DNA of 64,000 nt from Octopus sinensis (lineage: Eukaryota): the NCBI RefSeq assembly GCF_006345805.1, contig NC_043000.1:128340001-128404000 (forward strand), written 5' to 3'. The translations under genes were made by a program, and so were the position numbers. This document shows, piece after piece, positions 11,884 to 22,776 of this stretch. Each line of letters starts with the position of its first letter. Positions within the stretch are counted from its first letter, which is position 1. The notes under the pieces are model-generated. The model had not been told where the DNA came from and did no database searches. It saw nothing but the letters and a program-made list of their open reading frames with translations.

Positions 11884-13089
11884 CTCTAGCCTTAAGATAA
11901 CTACTTGTTGTCAGTCTGGGAGACCCTGACAAAGCAATAATAATAATAATATTTTTTCTAATATTGGTATATGGTCGGCAGTTTTGAAGGTAATGGACAA
12001 ATCAATTCCATCGACCCTAGTGCTCAAGTATAACTTATTTCATTAACCCTGAAAGGAAATGAGTTGAAGCCAACGTCTGCCGGAATTTGAACTCAAACTG
12101 AAAAGAACCGGAAGATATGCTACAAAGCATTTTGTTCGATGCGCTAACGATTCTGCCAGTTCGCTGCAGGACGATACTGTTGGGATTATATAAAAAGCAA
12201 GTAAAGAAGCGAAATAACGGGGGAGGGGGAAATTTTACCCCTAAGAAGGGAATTTGACAAAATCATTGTCACCTTGATCACTAAGATAAGAGCCCCTCTC
12301 CTAATTGTTCTCTTCCAGTCTATAGGTGCACGCTCAGAGCAGGCGTTAACTCGGACCATGTTCGCCCCTCTCAATCCACACACATATCTATATATCCTTC
12401 AAAAGCCCATAAACTGGTCTCCTTAAAGATCATTCAATCTGCTAGAAATAACAACCGAATAACAGTCCCGAGTCTTTAAAAAAGAAACATGCACTGGATA
12501 ATGTAGTTCAAGATATGCTAAGCTTGAACAAAAATAACAACCAGCTACCTGTGGCATCGATCGTTTAGAGACAGCACTTTATCTAAGAAATTTGTGGTAA
12601 TAAGCAATAAATTCCAAGATACCATTCTTAAACTTCTTCAATTACTTGTCTGAATGAAAAGAAACAGAAGTGTACAGACGATTAATAAACTCCTCAACTA
12701 TATAAGATGACACTCAACAATGTTTTATTTATAGACACGTGAAGTTGTGTTGCTCTCTTTTGAAAAAATGTCTAGACTAAGGTACTTAGCTATAATATAT
12801 TTTAGTTCATTAAGCTAGGATGTAGAATCTAACTTTAAAGGAAAGGGCTCCTTTACGGTCGCTGGTGAAACCACTGGCTTGCAATGGGCTTAAGCACAAC
12901 CAACTATGATACTCAATATATGGGGTAGATAGAAGATGGCATCGGCATACAGAAAGAGCAGTCACCAGTGACAAAATACAACAAAGAATGATGGTGAGCC
13001 CAATGTTACAAACTGATGATTTGAACCTAGGGTAGAGTGAAAAAAAGAAACAGAAGTGTGAAAATGTTACTCAAAAATTTGAAAATATC

Positions 13090-13300
13090 AACTTTCCATT
13101 CCCAACATATAAGACAGAATACAAGATTGAAATCAGAAATTATGAATCTGATTAATTAGAACCTTGTACGTCTGGATCTTATATGACTGGCAGATAAATT
13201 ATGAATAGATAAAATTTTGCATAAGCAGTCGGACGAGGGTGGGAGCAAGTTATTAGGCCTCAGAAAGGTTGGGTTGCAAACCACTACATCTAGTATGAGA
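13090..13300 (+). pseudogene. Possible hAT (Charlie/Buster-like) transposase C-terminal remnant with a right TIR-like end
   Basis: Fragment FPFPTY-KTEYK resembles 'PFxxTY...KTKYRN' of the hAT dimerisation region. It is followed by GGTTGCAAACCACTA and CATCTAGT. Confidence 0.3.
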
Positions 13301-15010
13301 GATACTACAGAGGGTGGGCCATTCACCTAAACACATAAAGCTAGAGAAGAGAATGTCAATGATGAAAGGGTAAAGGTGGAAGCATATAAAATAAAATCAG
13401 CAACAGGAGAGTGCTGAGTAGGAGTAGGAGGAGAAAGAAACTGAAGAAGGGAGGCAGGAGGCGCATGGGAAAGTAGCAGATTAATGAGGAGAGTAAAGAG
13501 GGGGTGGATGAAAGAGACTAACAGTAAAGAGTGAGGTATGAGAGGGAAAGTAATGGGGTTAACGAAAAGGGAATGAAGGGACTGAGTAACAAGAGAGGGG
13601 TGGGTGGTGGTAATGATGGAAGTATAAAGCAATGAATTAAGAAAATATAAACTAAGAACGAAAAAATGTTATTTTTATCATTTTAAGACACACATACATA
13701 TATTAAAAATTTAATGATATAAAAGGAAGTTGCAGATAAAGGTATAAGTAAAAGAAAGAAAAAAAAAGTAGTTGTGTTGCGGGGGGGAAAAAAAAAAAAA
13801 GAAAAACACGAGGATTATGGCAAGTAACTGGAAGTAGACGGTTCTGATAACAAAAAAAGTTGGGATATGTTCCTCCCCTCACCCGAGAGAAATGGAAGGA
13901 AAAAAAAAACGAAAAATTAAAATGAAGAGAAGAGACGAGAAAGGAGGAGAGAGAGAGAGTGTACTTGCAAGGGAGAAAGATAAAGTTAGGAGGGGGGGAA
14001 GAAGGATGGGTGACAGAGGGAGTGAGAGGTGGGCAAGCCCCACGAAGGCAGTCTTAGAGAAACACATGGATAATTTTAATCAGATTCGCTTCCTGTCAGT
14101 AAGTTAAGACAGTTAGTTCAAAAGTTCAAGCGAAGAGGGAAAAACTTGGTGTGTGTGTGTGTGTATGTATGTATAAATGTAACATGCATACAAAACAACT
14201 ATTTTTGTATATACACACGCTTAGTAAAAGCAGAAATGGCCTAGCTTATTTTTTTAATACTCTACCCTTTTTTAAATAGATATTGCAAAAACTTCACCAT
14301 TATCATTACTTTTTTGCAGATGTTGTCAGTTTATAGGGATGTAAGTTAACTTCTTAGCCATGTTGAATGCTTTATGACTGTTAATAATAGTTTTGTCACA
14401 AATAACAGCAATACTAAATGTCTGAAAGAGGTATAGGCTGCGGTGGGTTACATAGCGAGGTGGGGTTACAGTAGTGACAATTTGTCATAGCAAGAGGCAC
14501 AACTTGCACCTCCCAAAAGTGACAAGCCAGCTCACAGACGCCAAGCCGGAATGGCGGCAATGGTCGAAGAACGCGAGTAAGTTCACAGCAAAACCGGATT
14601 GGAACGTCCCTGGAGCTCCAGGGAGTCGGTTGCATCTGAAAATCTTGGTGGAATTCCTGAATGGTTCTGTTTAAAGGAATGTGAGCAAATGCGGGCAGTG
14701 CCCACATACAACGCTTGTGGAAGGAGAGTGCAACCCAGTGCTTTCTGTTCCCAGAGAGAAAGAGAAACAGATTTGAGCAATGATTTCAGTACCTCCATCA
14801 GAGCGACATCAGTCGGAGAAAAAGCAGAAGCTACAACTAGGACAACAACCACTCACGAAAGAGCCTCCGGTGGAGTATACTCCTTAATAAAGCAATATTC
14901 ATATAACCAGGCACGCGAGATCAAGCTCAGATATACACGAACATAGCCTTGACATCTCCTAAGTCATGAAATAAAAATAAAGTTTTGGGGAAGAGACAGA
15001 GAAGTAGCAT

Positions 15011-15371
15011 CTTTTATCTTTTACTTGTTTCAGTCATTAAACTGCGGGTTTGCTGGGACCCCCGCCATGACTTTTTTGTTGAACGATCGACCCAAGTATT
15101 TATTATTTTTTTTAAGCTTGGTCTTTTGCCGAACCGCTAAGTTACAGGAACGTTAACACACCAACATAGGTTGTCAAGCGGTGGTGAGGGACAAACACAG
15201 ACGCAGGGACGCACACATACTTATATACGAAGGCTTCTTTCAGTTTCCGTCTAACAAATCCTCTCACAAGGCTTTGGTCGGCCCGAGATCATAGTAGAAG
15301 ACACTTGCCCAGGGTACCACGCAGAGGACTGAACCTGGAACCATAAGATTGGGAAGCAAACTTCTAACCAC
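15011..15371 (-). mobile_element. SINE family B, near full length
   Basis: Antisense of a tRNA-like head (..GGTTCAGTCC..GGCACCTTGGGCAAGTGTCTTCTACTATAG..) joined through a CA-rich middle to a ..ATGACTGAAACAAGTAAAAG tail. Other copies or fragments lie near 7400-7600, 7950-8100, 28720-28845, 34130-34380, 44630-45015, 50800-50950, 60530-60690 and 63520-63700. Confidence 0.8.
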
Positions 15372-15819
15372 AAAATTAAAGAAAGATCAGATAAGCTAAA
15401 CTAGTAATCATGCTCTCAAGATACAAATGTTTGGAAGCTCGAAGTTTTACAAAAATAAAAAATAAAATGAAAAACAGCGTGTACGGGACAAATAAGGAGA
15501 TGTAAAAAGAATCCCAAGACGAAGGTACTTGAAGGGCACATGAAACATTATTAAGTTAACCTGTCTTAAAACTTTGGATTGCTAATACTATAAACAAGGT
15601 AGATAACTTCCCCTTATCTTTTCACAAGCAAACATATGGGAATTAAAGAGTGTGATGTGTAAATAAATGAACTTAACTTGGGAATCGACGCAGAAGGGAC
15701 ATTGCTAAATTGTCTCAGATAACTAAGACTAGATCAATCGCTGATTTCAGAAGCTCACTCACTCGCTCTCCTGGTCTACAACGAGATTTATGCTTCGGGA
15801 CCGATGCATTGATCTAGAG

Positions 15820-15889
15820 CAGCGTTTTTCAAACTATGGGTCCTGACCCTTTAGTGGGGGGTCGCGAGAAAAAAGTTTGAAAAACGCTG
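15820..15889. mobile_element. 70-bp hAT-type mini-MITE with perfect 16-bp TIRs and a perfect 8-bp TSD
   Basis: CAGCGTTTTTCAAACT ... AGTTTGAAAAACGCTG, with ATCTAGAG at 15812-15819 and 15890-15897. Confidence 0.9.
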
Positions 15890-15897
15890 ATCTAGAG

Positions 15898-16057
15898 CAG
15901 TGCTCCGCAACCTTTTTTCAAAATTTGGCGGCACACCTGAACTAAAAATACAACTATAAGTACAGGGGAAAAAATTATATTCAGGTTACACTGCGGCATA
16001 CCTAGCATCGTCTCGTGGCGCATCAGGGTGCCGCGGCATACCTGTTGCGGACCACTG
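15898..16057. mobile_element. 160-bp hAT-type MITE directly adjacent to the 70-bp MITE
   Basis: TIRs CAGTGCTCCGCAAC / GTTGCGGACCACTG (13/14 match). Flanks are ATCTAGAG (left) and GTCTGGAG (right, 6/8 match). Confidence 0.82.
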
Positions 16058-16419
16058 GTCTGGAGGCAAATGCGATATTCATAGATTCAGATAATGGGTC
16101 TTTGATGTGGAAAAGCTTCTTCGTTGACTTGATTTGTTCAGTGTCCGTACACTGCTGATTTATGGGTTTATGTGAAACAGCTATTACCATATGCAACACG
16201 GATTCACCTATTAATTCAGCCAATCGGGAAGATCCACCCATCACTTTCCTCTAGTTTATAAAAAAAAACAAAGCACGGAATTTTTTGTTTTGTTTTTCGA
16301 GGTGGCAATGGTGAAAACGGTTGAAAGATCAAAGGATATAACTTGCATAAATTTTTTCAAGTACCACTGGTAGATGTAGTAGATAGAGAGAGGCACTCCC
16401 TTCTGGTGAATTTGGTAGA

Positions 16420-16985
16420 GCTAGTGAAATACTGGAGTCAATGTAATTGACTAAAACCCGCTTCCCACGAAAATTTCAGGCGTAATGCCTATAATAGAAA
16501 GGATTGTTATTATTATTAAAGCGGCAAGCTAAAAGAATCGTTAGCACACCGGGTGAAAAACTTCGCAGCATTTCGTCCGTCTTTACGTTCTGAGTTCAAA
16601 TTCCGCCAAGGTTGACCTTGCTTTCACCCTTTCGGTGCCGATTAATTAAGTACCAGTGAAATACTGAGATCACTGTAATCGACTAGTCCCCTTCCTTGTG
16701 CCTATAGTAGAAAGCATTATTATTAAGGCGGCAAGCTAGCAGAATTGTTAGCACGTTGGACGAAATGCTTGGCGGTATTTCGCCCGTCTTTACGTTCTGA
16801 GTTCAAATTCCACCGAGGTCGACTTTGCCTTTCATCCTTTCGAGGTCGATAAATTAAGTACTAGTTGTGTACTGGGGTAGATCTAATCGACTGGGCCCTC
16901 CCCATAAATTTCAGGCCTTGTGCCTATAGAAAGGATTATTATTATTATTATTATCATTATTATTATTATTATTATTATTATTAGT
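16420..16985 (+). repeat. Head-to-tail array of family-A SINEs (one partial and two near-complete copies) ending in (ATT)n
   Basis: Copies start at about 16519 and 16725 (AA(G)GCGGCAAGCT), each directly after the previous copy's tgcctata..gaaag(g/c)att(att)n tail. Confidence 0.85.
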
Positions 16986-18099
16986 AGTAGTAGTAGTAGT
17001 AGGTAAGAATATACGGAGGAGGAAAGGTCGGTGGATTGGTAGAATCCTCAGCACATAGAATATGAAGAGCAATTTTGTCCTAAGTTCAAATTTTACGAGG
17101 TCAACTTTACCTTTTATCCATCCGGGATCAGTATATGTGCCTACATAAGAAAACATCATTATTATATCTATTACAATACATTAGAACGGCTGTGTAGAGT
17201 ATAGTGAAATCAGACTAGTTAACGCATATTAAAAAGTTCGCTGCAGTCACTTTTCTAACATCAAATATAACCGAACGGAAAGGCTAAAATGGACCGTCTT
17301 CACACTCCTGTGTGAAATATTAACAATAAAATAAAATTAAAAAGATATAATGAATTGAAATACCAGTGATATAGAGACGGGGTCAATTCAATATACTAAA
17401 CCCCCTTTCTCAAGAAGAAAAAAAAATACTGCTACTGCTATTACAGCTGCCAACACCACCAGTTGGTAGTTTGCTATTCAAGATTACTTGTTACATACAC
17501 CGACAGGATGATTTAGTGGGAACCAAACAGCAAGCAACTCAACTAACTACAAGCATTTTAAATAGCCCTACCAACCCACTTTATTTATTTATATTTGTAT
17601 GTGGCTTTTTTTTTTTTTTTTTTTACACAAGCCTTGGTTGTAATCACCACCACCACTAGATATATTTTCTTCAGTTTTTATATAATTCTTTACTGCACAC
17701 AAGTCTCTTTTTTTTTTCTTATATATTATTGTGAGCCTTTTACCACTGCCGAAGCAGCACAAATAAAAACCAAAAAAAAAAAAAAACGAAAAATACCAGC
17801 AACAACAAACTACACGAATACTAAATAAATCTTAGCGCTTATAACATTAAGGAATGTAAGAGCAGTGGGAGGAGATCTGTACAGCAACCAATAGGCAACA
17901 AGGAGTTTTGACAGTTTAGAAGTTGTGCGAAAACTTTTCAGATCGTCGAAGCTCTCTTCGTTTTCCCCTAACTTCAATCCTTTGCTTAACTAACACTCAT
18001 ACCTCCACCCACCTCTCTCTTTCCATCTCCCTCCATAAACACACACAACCACGGGATTTTTTTGTATAATTCACATTAATTAAGTAAACTTAAAAGTTG

Positions 18100-18138
<39 letters not shown>

Positions 18139-18454
18139 GCTACGTTTATATTTGCACATAATGTGATTAAAACGTCTCTCTCTCTCTCTCTTCACACTTC
18201 AAATTTCGACGCAAGGAAAAATAAATGAAAAAGACAACTATGTCAACTTTACGGTGGAACAGAAAACTCGTAGTTAACTGAATAACCTGGATCAAATTAA
18301 CAGGCACTGCTGCCAAGCTAAAGTGAATAAAAAAAATATGACCCAGTCTTCATATAAACAGCAAGGATAATAATTATAATAAAAATAAATTAAAACGTGA
18401 AATAGAAGGAAATAATGCAGAATAAAGCACTCCATGGATGCATTATATACGCCC

Positions 18455-18485
<31 letters not shown>

Positions 18486-18524
18486 TGAATATATATAATG
18501 TATGCACGCACGCACACACGTGTA

Positions 18525-18555
<31 letters not shown>

Positions 18556-18829
18556 GCGCGTGTATTTTTCAAGCTTCTGAAATCAAGGAAAAATTCGCAC
18601 AAGTGCTTATTTTTTCTTTCTTTCATACAAGGCAACAAGTATCCCAGCATTCCAAAGTAGCGCCAACATTGCGCTTGTCGATGTCACCAACACCATCATG
18701 TAATTGTAATCCAACTTCCTTTTCCGTTCTCGGCCTACTCCTTTTCTCTCACTCTCTTTCTCCTCCTGTTGCGTGAGAAATAGAGAGGGAGAGAAAGAAC
18801 GAACGACAGGAAATTATATGTATATATAT

Positions 18830-18885
<56 letters not shown>

Positions 18886-19324
18886 TGTAAATCTATAATT
18901 TCCTGTTGCTCACCCCTTATGTTTGTGTGTATTATGTTTCTGAAATGCTTTAAAATTTACAGTTTTGTAAATTATGGCCGTGACACTAAATAAAATACGA
19001 ACGGCGTAAAGTAACCTGGTACCGTAACAATTATATGTTCAGTTACAACCCAGGACCAGTGTGTGTGTGTGTGTGTGTATGTATACACCACACAGCTATA
19101 TAGGTAGGCTTTGTGTTCGGCCTAACAAAATACGTTGCATATAAGTAATCTATGAAAGAAAACTTTCTTTCATAAAGTGACATACACAATTCATTCACTC
19201 GTGTCAACCATTCACATACCTGCTTTGTAAAGTCTTGACAGGTTAACGCGCAATAAACACACACATATATAGTAGCACACACTCTCTCTCTCTAACTATG
19301 TGTGTGTAGAGAGAGATGTTGGTA

Positions 19325-19500
19325 AATTGGTTGTTAATGACTCACATGGCCATTACTCGGAGTTTAGACACGAAAGCACACGTTTTTGGTTGATTAGATG
19401 GCTGCATCAAGTTTAAGTTTGGCTGCGCTTGGGTACAAACGTGATTCCTTATTGGTCGCAGATAGGCTTGATGTTGGATAAGTCGGGTCATGTGATGAAA
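19325..19500. promoter_or_regulatory. Candidate cis-regulatory motif cluster
   Basis: AP-1 site TGACTCA (19338-19344) overlaps E-box CACATG; inverted CCAAT (ATTGG) at 19326-19330 and 19451-19455; M-box-type TCATGTGA at 19488-19495. The cluster lies in non-repetitive CpG-rich sequence. Short motifs occur by chance, so support is weak. Confidence 0.35.
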
Positions 19501-19849
19501 GTTGCTACATAAATCCCTACAAAGCTTTATTAAATTGTAAAGTTGCTACAGAGTGTAGAGGGATAATTCAGTCAAAATTAACGCTAGTCAGTAAGTGAAT
19601 CAACTGGCATTATTTTCGAGTTGGTTGGAACTGACCCAAAACAAAATTTCTCTTGTGATGGCAAATCATAACTCAGCTTAGATTTTCTGTTGGAGAATGT
19701 CGAAGGCTACTTTACGATATGAATTCTCTCAAACAGCGATTACCATTATGATGTATCTTACATGAATATGGAATGACAGTAACGACACTGTTTCAAATAA
19801 AATGAGGCAGTCATATGTTTGGTCTCTAAGCTTCCAGATGAAATGGGCA

Positions 19850-20270
19850 AGGAAGTGAAGTTTCAAAGAATCCCCTATCTCTAGACATGCAGAAGTTCTG
19901 ATCTTGTTTATACCATTTTTTGAAGTCGTTAGTAGTAAGTCCCCTATCTGGTGGGGTGTGTATAGTTTTCCATACACCATGACCTTGGAAAGTCCAAACG
20001 AGTTGATAGTATATATCTACAAGGAATTCCTTTTGCTATAATTATGAACCTAGTAGCAGACACAAGCAGGAGAGCCCTGCTCATAATGACACGCCTCAAC
20101 CGAAAATATACATCCTCAGAGCCCCTATGCTAGTAACCCAGCAGTAATTGTCAAAACAGGTTCCCTTGCCCACTTCACTTAGAGGCTCAGACACGACTTC
20201 CTCAGCATAACTTGGAACAATGTCAATAGCTTCCCTCCGGTATTTGCAGACAATGTCTGTCCGAGAAACT
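19850..20270 (+). pseudogene. Possible decayed CR1/L2-like LINE ORF2 3' remnant
   Basis: Interrupted translation gives fragments ..CRSSDLVIPFFEVV.. and ..RHDFLSITWNN.NSFP.., loosely like the 'RRxRGDLIxxFK' and 'FFSxRVxxxWNxLP' motifs of CR1-group ORF2 ends. Confidence 0.3.
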
Positions 20271-22736
20271 ACATATATACTTTCGCTGCCCGTTGTATTC
20301 TTTAAAAGAAAATCTGAAATTATCTCATCATAGACGTATTTTCGTTTCAGGTCAATGATTTGTGTTCTGTTTATGTTTTAAAAGCTTTTTTAATAGGTGT
20401 GGTGCCTGATGCATTTGCATCATAATATGAATGTATATATTCCACGTTCACATACACCTATATACACATCCACTTTACAAGTAGCTATATTCATACAAAT
20501 ATGCACACCTACATGTAAACATTCGAATGAAGTTTCTTCAATGAACGATATAAAAACAAAATAAAGCATACACGCGCACGCGAAAACCCTCACGCAAGCA
20601 CTGTATAAAAAGGAATTGTAAAAATACAAAAATGTTATCTTAGCCGTCACTTACAAGCAGACAGATTGCTGCCTTCTCGATATTCTTGCCTTTGATCCAG
20701 CAGAACATATAGATAGATAGATAGATAGATAGAGAGCGGTGCCGGTACGCGGCAAATTTCCAGAAAAGAAAGAAACATTATAAAATGCTTATGTAATATT
20801 GTATTATTTGTTTATAAAATAAATTAAAAAATTGTCAACTTTTATCATATTCATAATATATATTGTTTCCGGTGTAAATTAATATTACTAAGAGATATTA
20901 CCGGTCCCTGGCATATGTGGGGAGGGGGAACTGCCTGTATGCCACATCAGATAGTTTGAGAAGCACTTGTCTAGTTTTCGTTTTCAGCTGAGTAGACTGG
21001 CGCAGCGTTGTATCCTTGCTCAAGGTCACAACATGCTGCCCAATCCAGGATTGAACCCACGGCTTTGCGATGGTACGCGCAACACCTTAACCGTTGGGCC
21101 AAGCGCCTTCACAAAATTTTTTATAAAGTGGAAGGAAGTGATCAAAAGACGGTTAGAAGTTAGTTGTTAATAAGACGTAAATGAGATGAGACAGGACACA
21201 AGGAAGAATAAATGAAGAGTTCAATGAATTTGCGAATCACGTCCTTCTACACACGAAACATACATATGGATAGATATTTCTGTTCTCTCTCTCTCTCTCA
21301 CACACACGCACACATACATGTATATATACTTACCTATGTATATACATGTATGGTGATGGAATGAACAGAGGTGATAAGAGGGCACTGTAAGATGCTGCAA
21401 TCCAATGGTGGTTACCCGTAAAAGGTATGATGTACTGAGAAGTTGTACTTTAAATGGGTTTACTTGTGAAAGATGCCGTAAGCATCTATTAAGATGTGTG
21501 TGCAATGATGTGTGTTCGTCCTTTACGAGTATAGGCATATATAAACACGAGTCTGTTCACATAAGGGCACGCACACACTCCCTCATTTGAAACCATATTA
21601 ATTTTAACATTTTAAGAAATGTAAGCTGCGAAGATTTACATATGTATATGTAAGTTCTGACGCCGTTCTTATGTGCAGCATAAAAGTACGTATTCATGTA
21701 ATTTTCGTGGTGTGATTCTTTTGCATGGTTCAAATAGACATAAGCGGCGGAGATGTACATAAATACCCGTAAAGTGAAATGTATACAGGCCAAGTGAGGA
21801 TTGTAAACAGTATTGAATGGAAGAAGAGTGAGGTGCTGCAACTTAAGTGACAGTTACCTGTAACAGGTACAGTGTATGAAATGACAAGCAATACTTAACA
21901 AAAACTAAAAGAAGAGGGCATTCTGTAAAAAGGAATGGTATGTAATTATTGATGCAGTGGTGTAGTAAAGCTGTTAGTGAATGAAAATGAGTTTCAAGAA
22001 TAGTTAAAACTACATGAAAAGAAAACAAAAATACGAAGACGAGCTTGTAGGTAGCTCAGTGTATAAGCGATGGTAAAAATAACAGTATAAGAAAATTTTC
22101 GCGATAACAAAATGAAAGTAAATGTTCGCAGAGTGTACTTTCTAGAGGACAAGAAGAGATTAATTTCAGCTTAGAGTTTAATGAATTCTAAGCTGAATTT
22201 AGTTTTTCCTTGCTCTCATCTAAGTATGTTGCGCTTCTTTTTTTTTTTTATAGATAAAGACGGTATTTCAATGCATTGATGTACGAGAACAATTTCGATA
22301 GATTCCTGTTCTTCTGGCCCCAAATATATCGTGAGAAAGAACGAAAGAAATATAAAGAGAGAAGAGTCGTATTTTTTCGTGGTCGTCTTTGAAAGAGCAG
22401 ATATACTGGTTAAATCTTATTTTCAAAGTTTCACAGTAAAACCACCTATGGAACATTATTCACTGGTACCTCCAAGAGAAGCTTTCCAGGAAGATACCAT
22501 TTCGTAGACAGGAGTTAGGATTTTTTCACTGTTCATTTTAGCTAGAGAAAATGAAGCCGCCACCAGATGCTACTTTTACTAAAGATATTTTGGAATTCAT
22601 GATTTGTGGGGAGGTATTTGTTCATTAGATTTGTAAAAAGATCAGATGGCTTTTGAACTGTTTGAGGTAAATGGTGAGTTAAGCTAAATTATTTTCCTGT
22701 CTCTTTCACTCTCGGTGGTTGTATGTACACAGGCGC

Positions 22737-22776
<40 letters not shown>

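Noticed and set aside
8810-17135. Regularly recurring conserved words (gagttcaaattcc, aagtaccag) that superficially resemble a CRISPR-like array
   Set aside because: The units are 200-bp-scale SINE copies with homologous rather than unique spacers, in a eukaryotic intron, with no cas genes.
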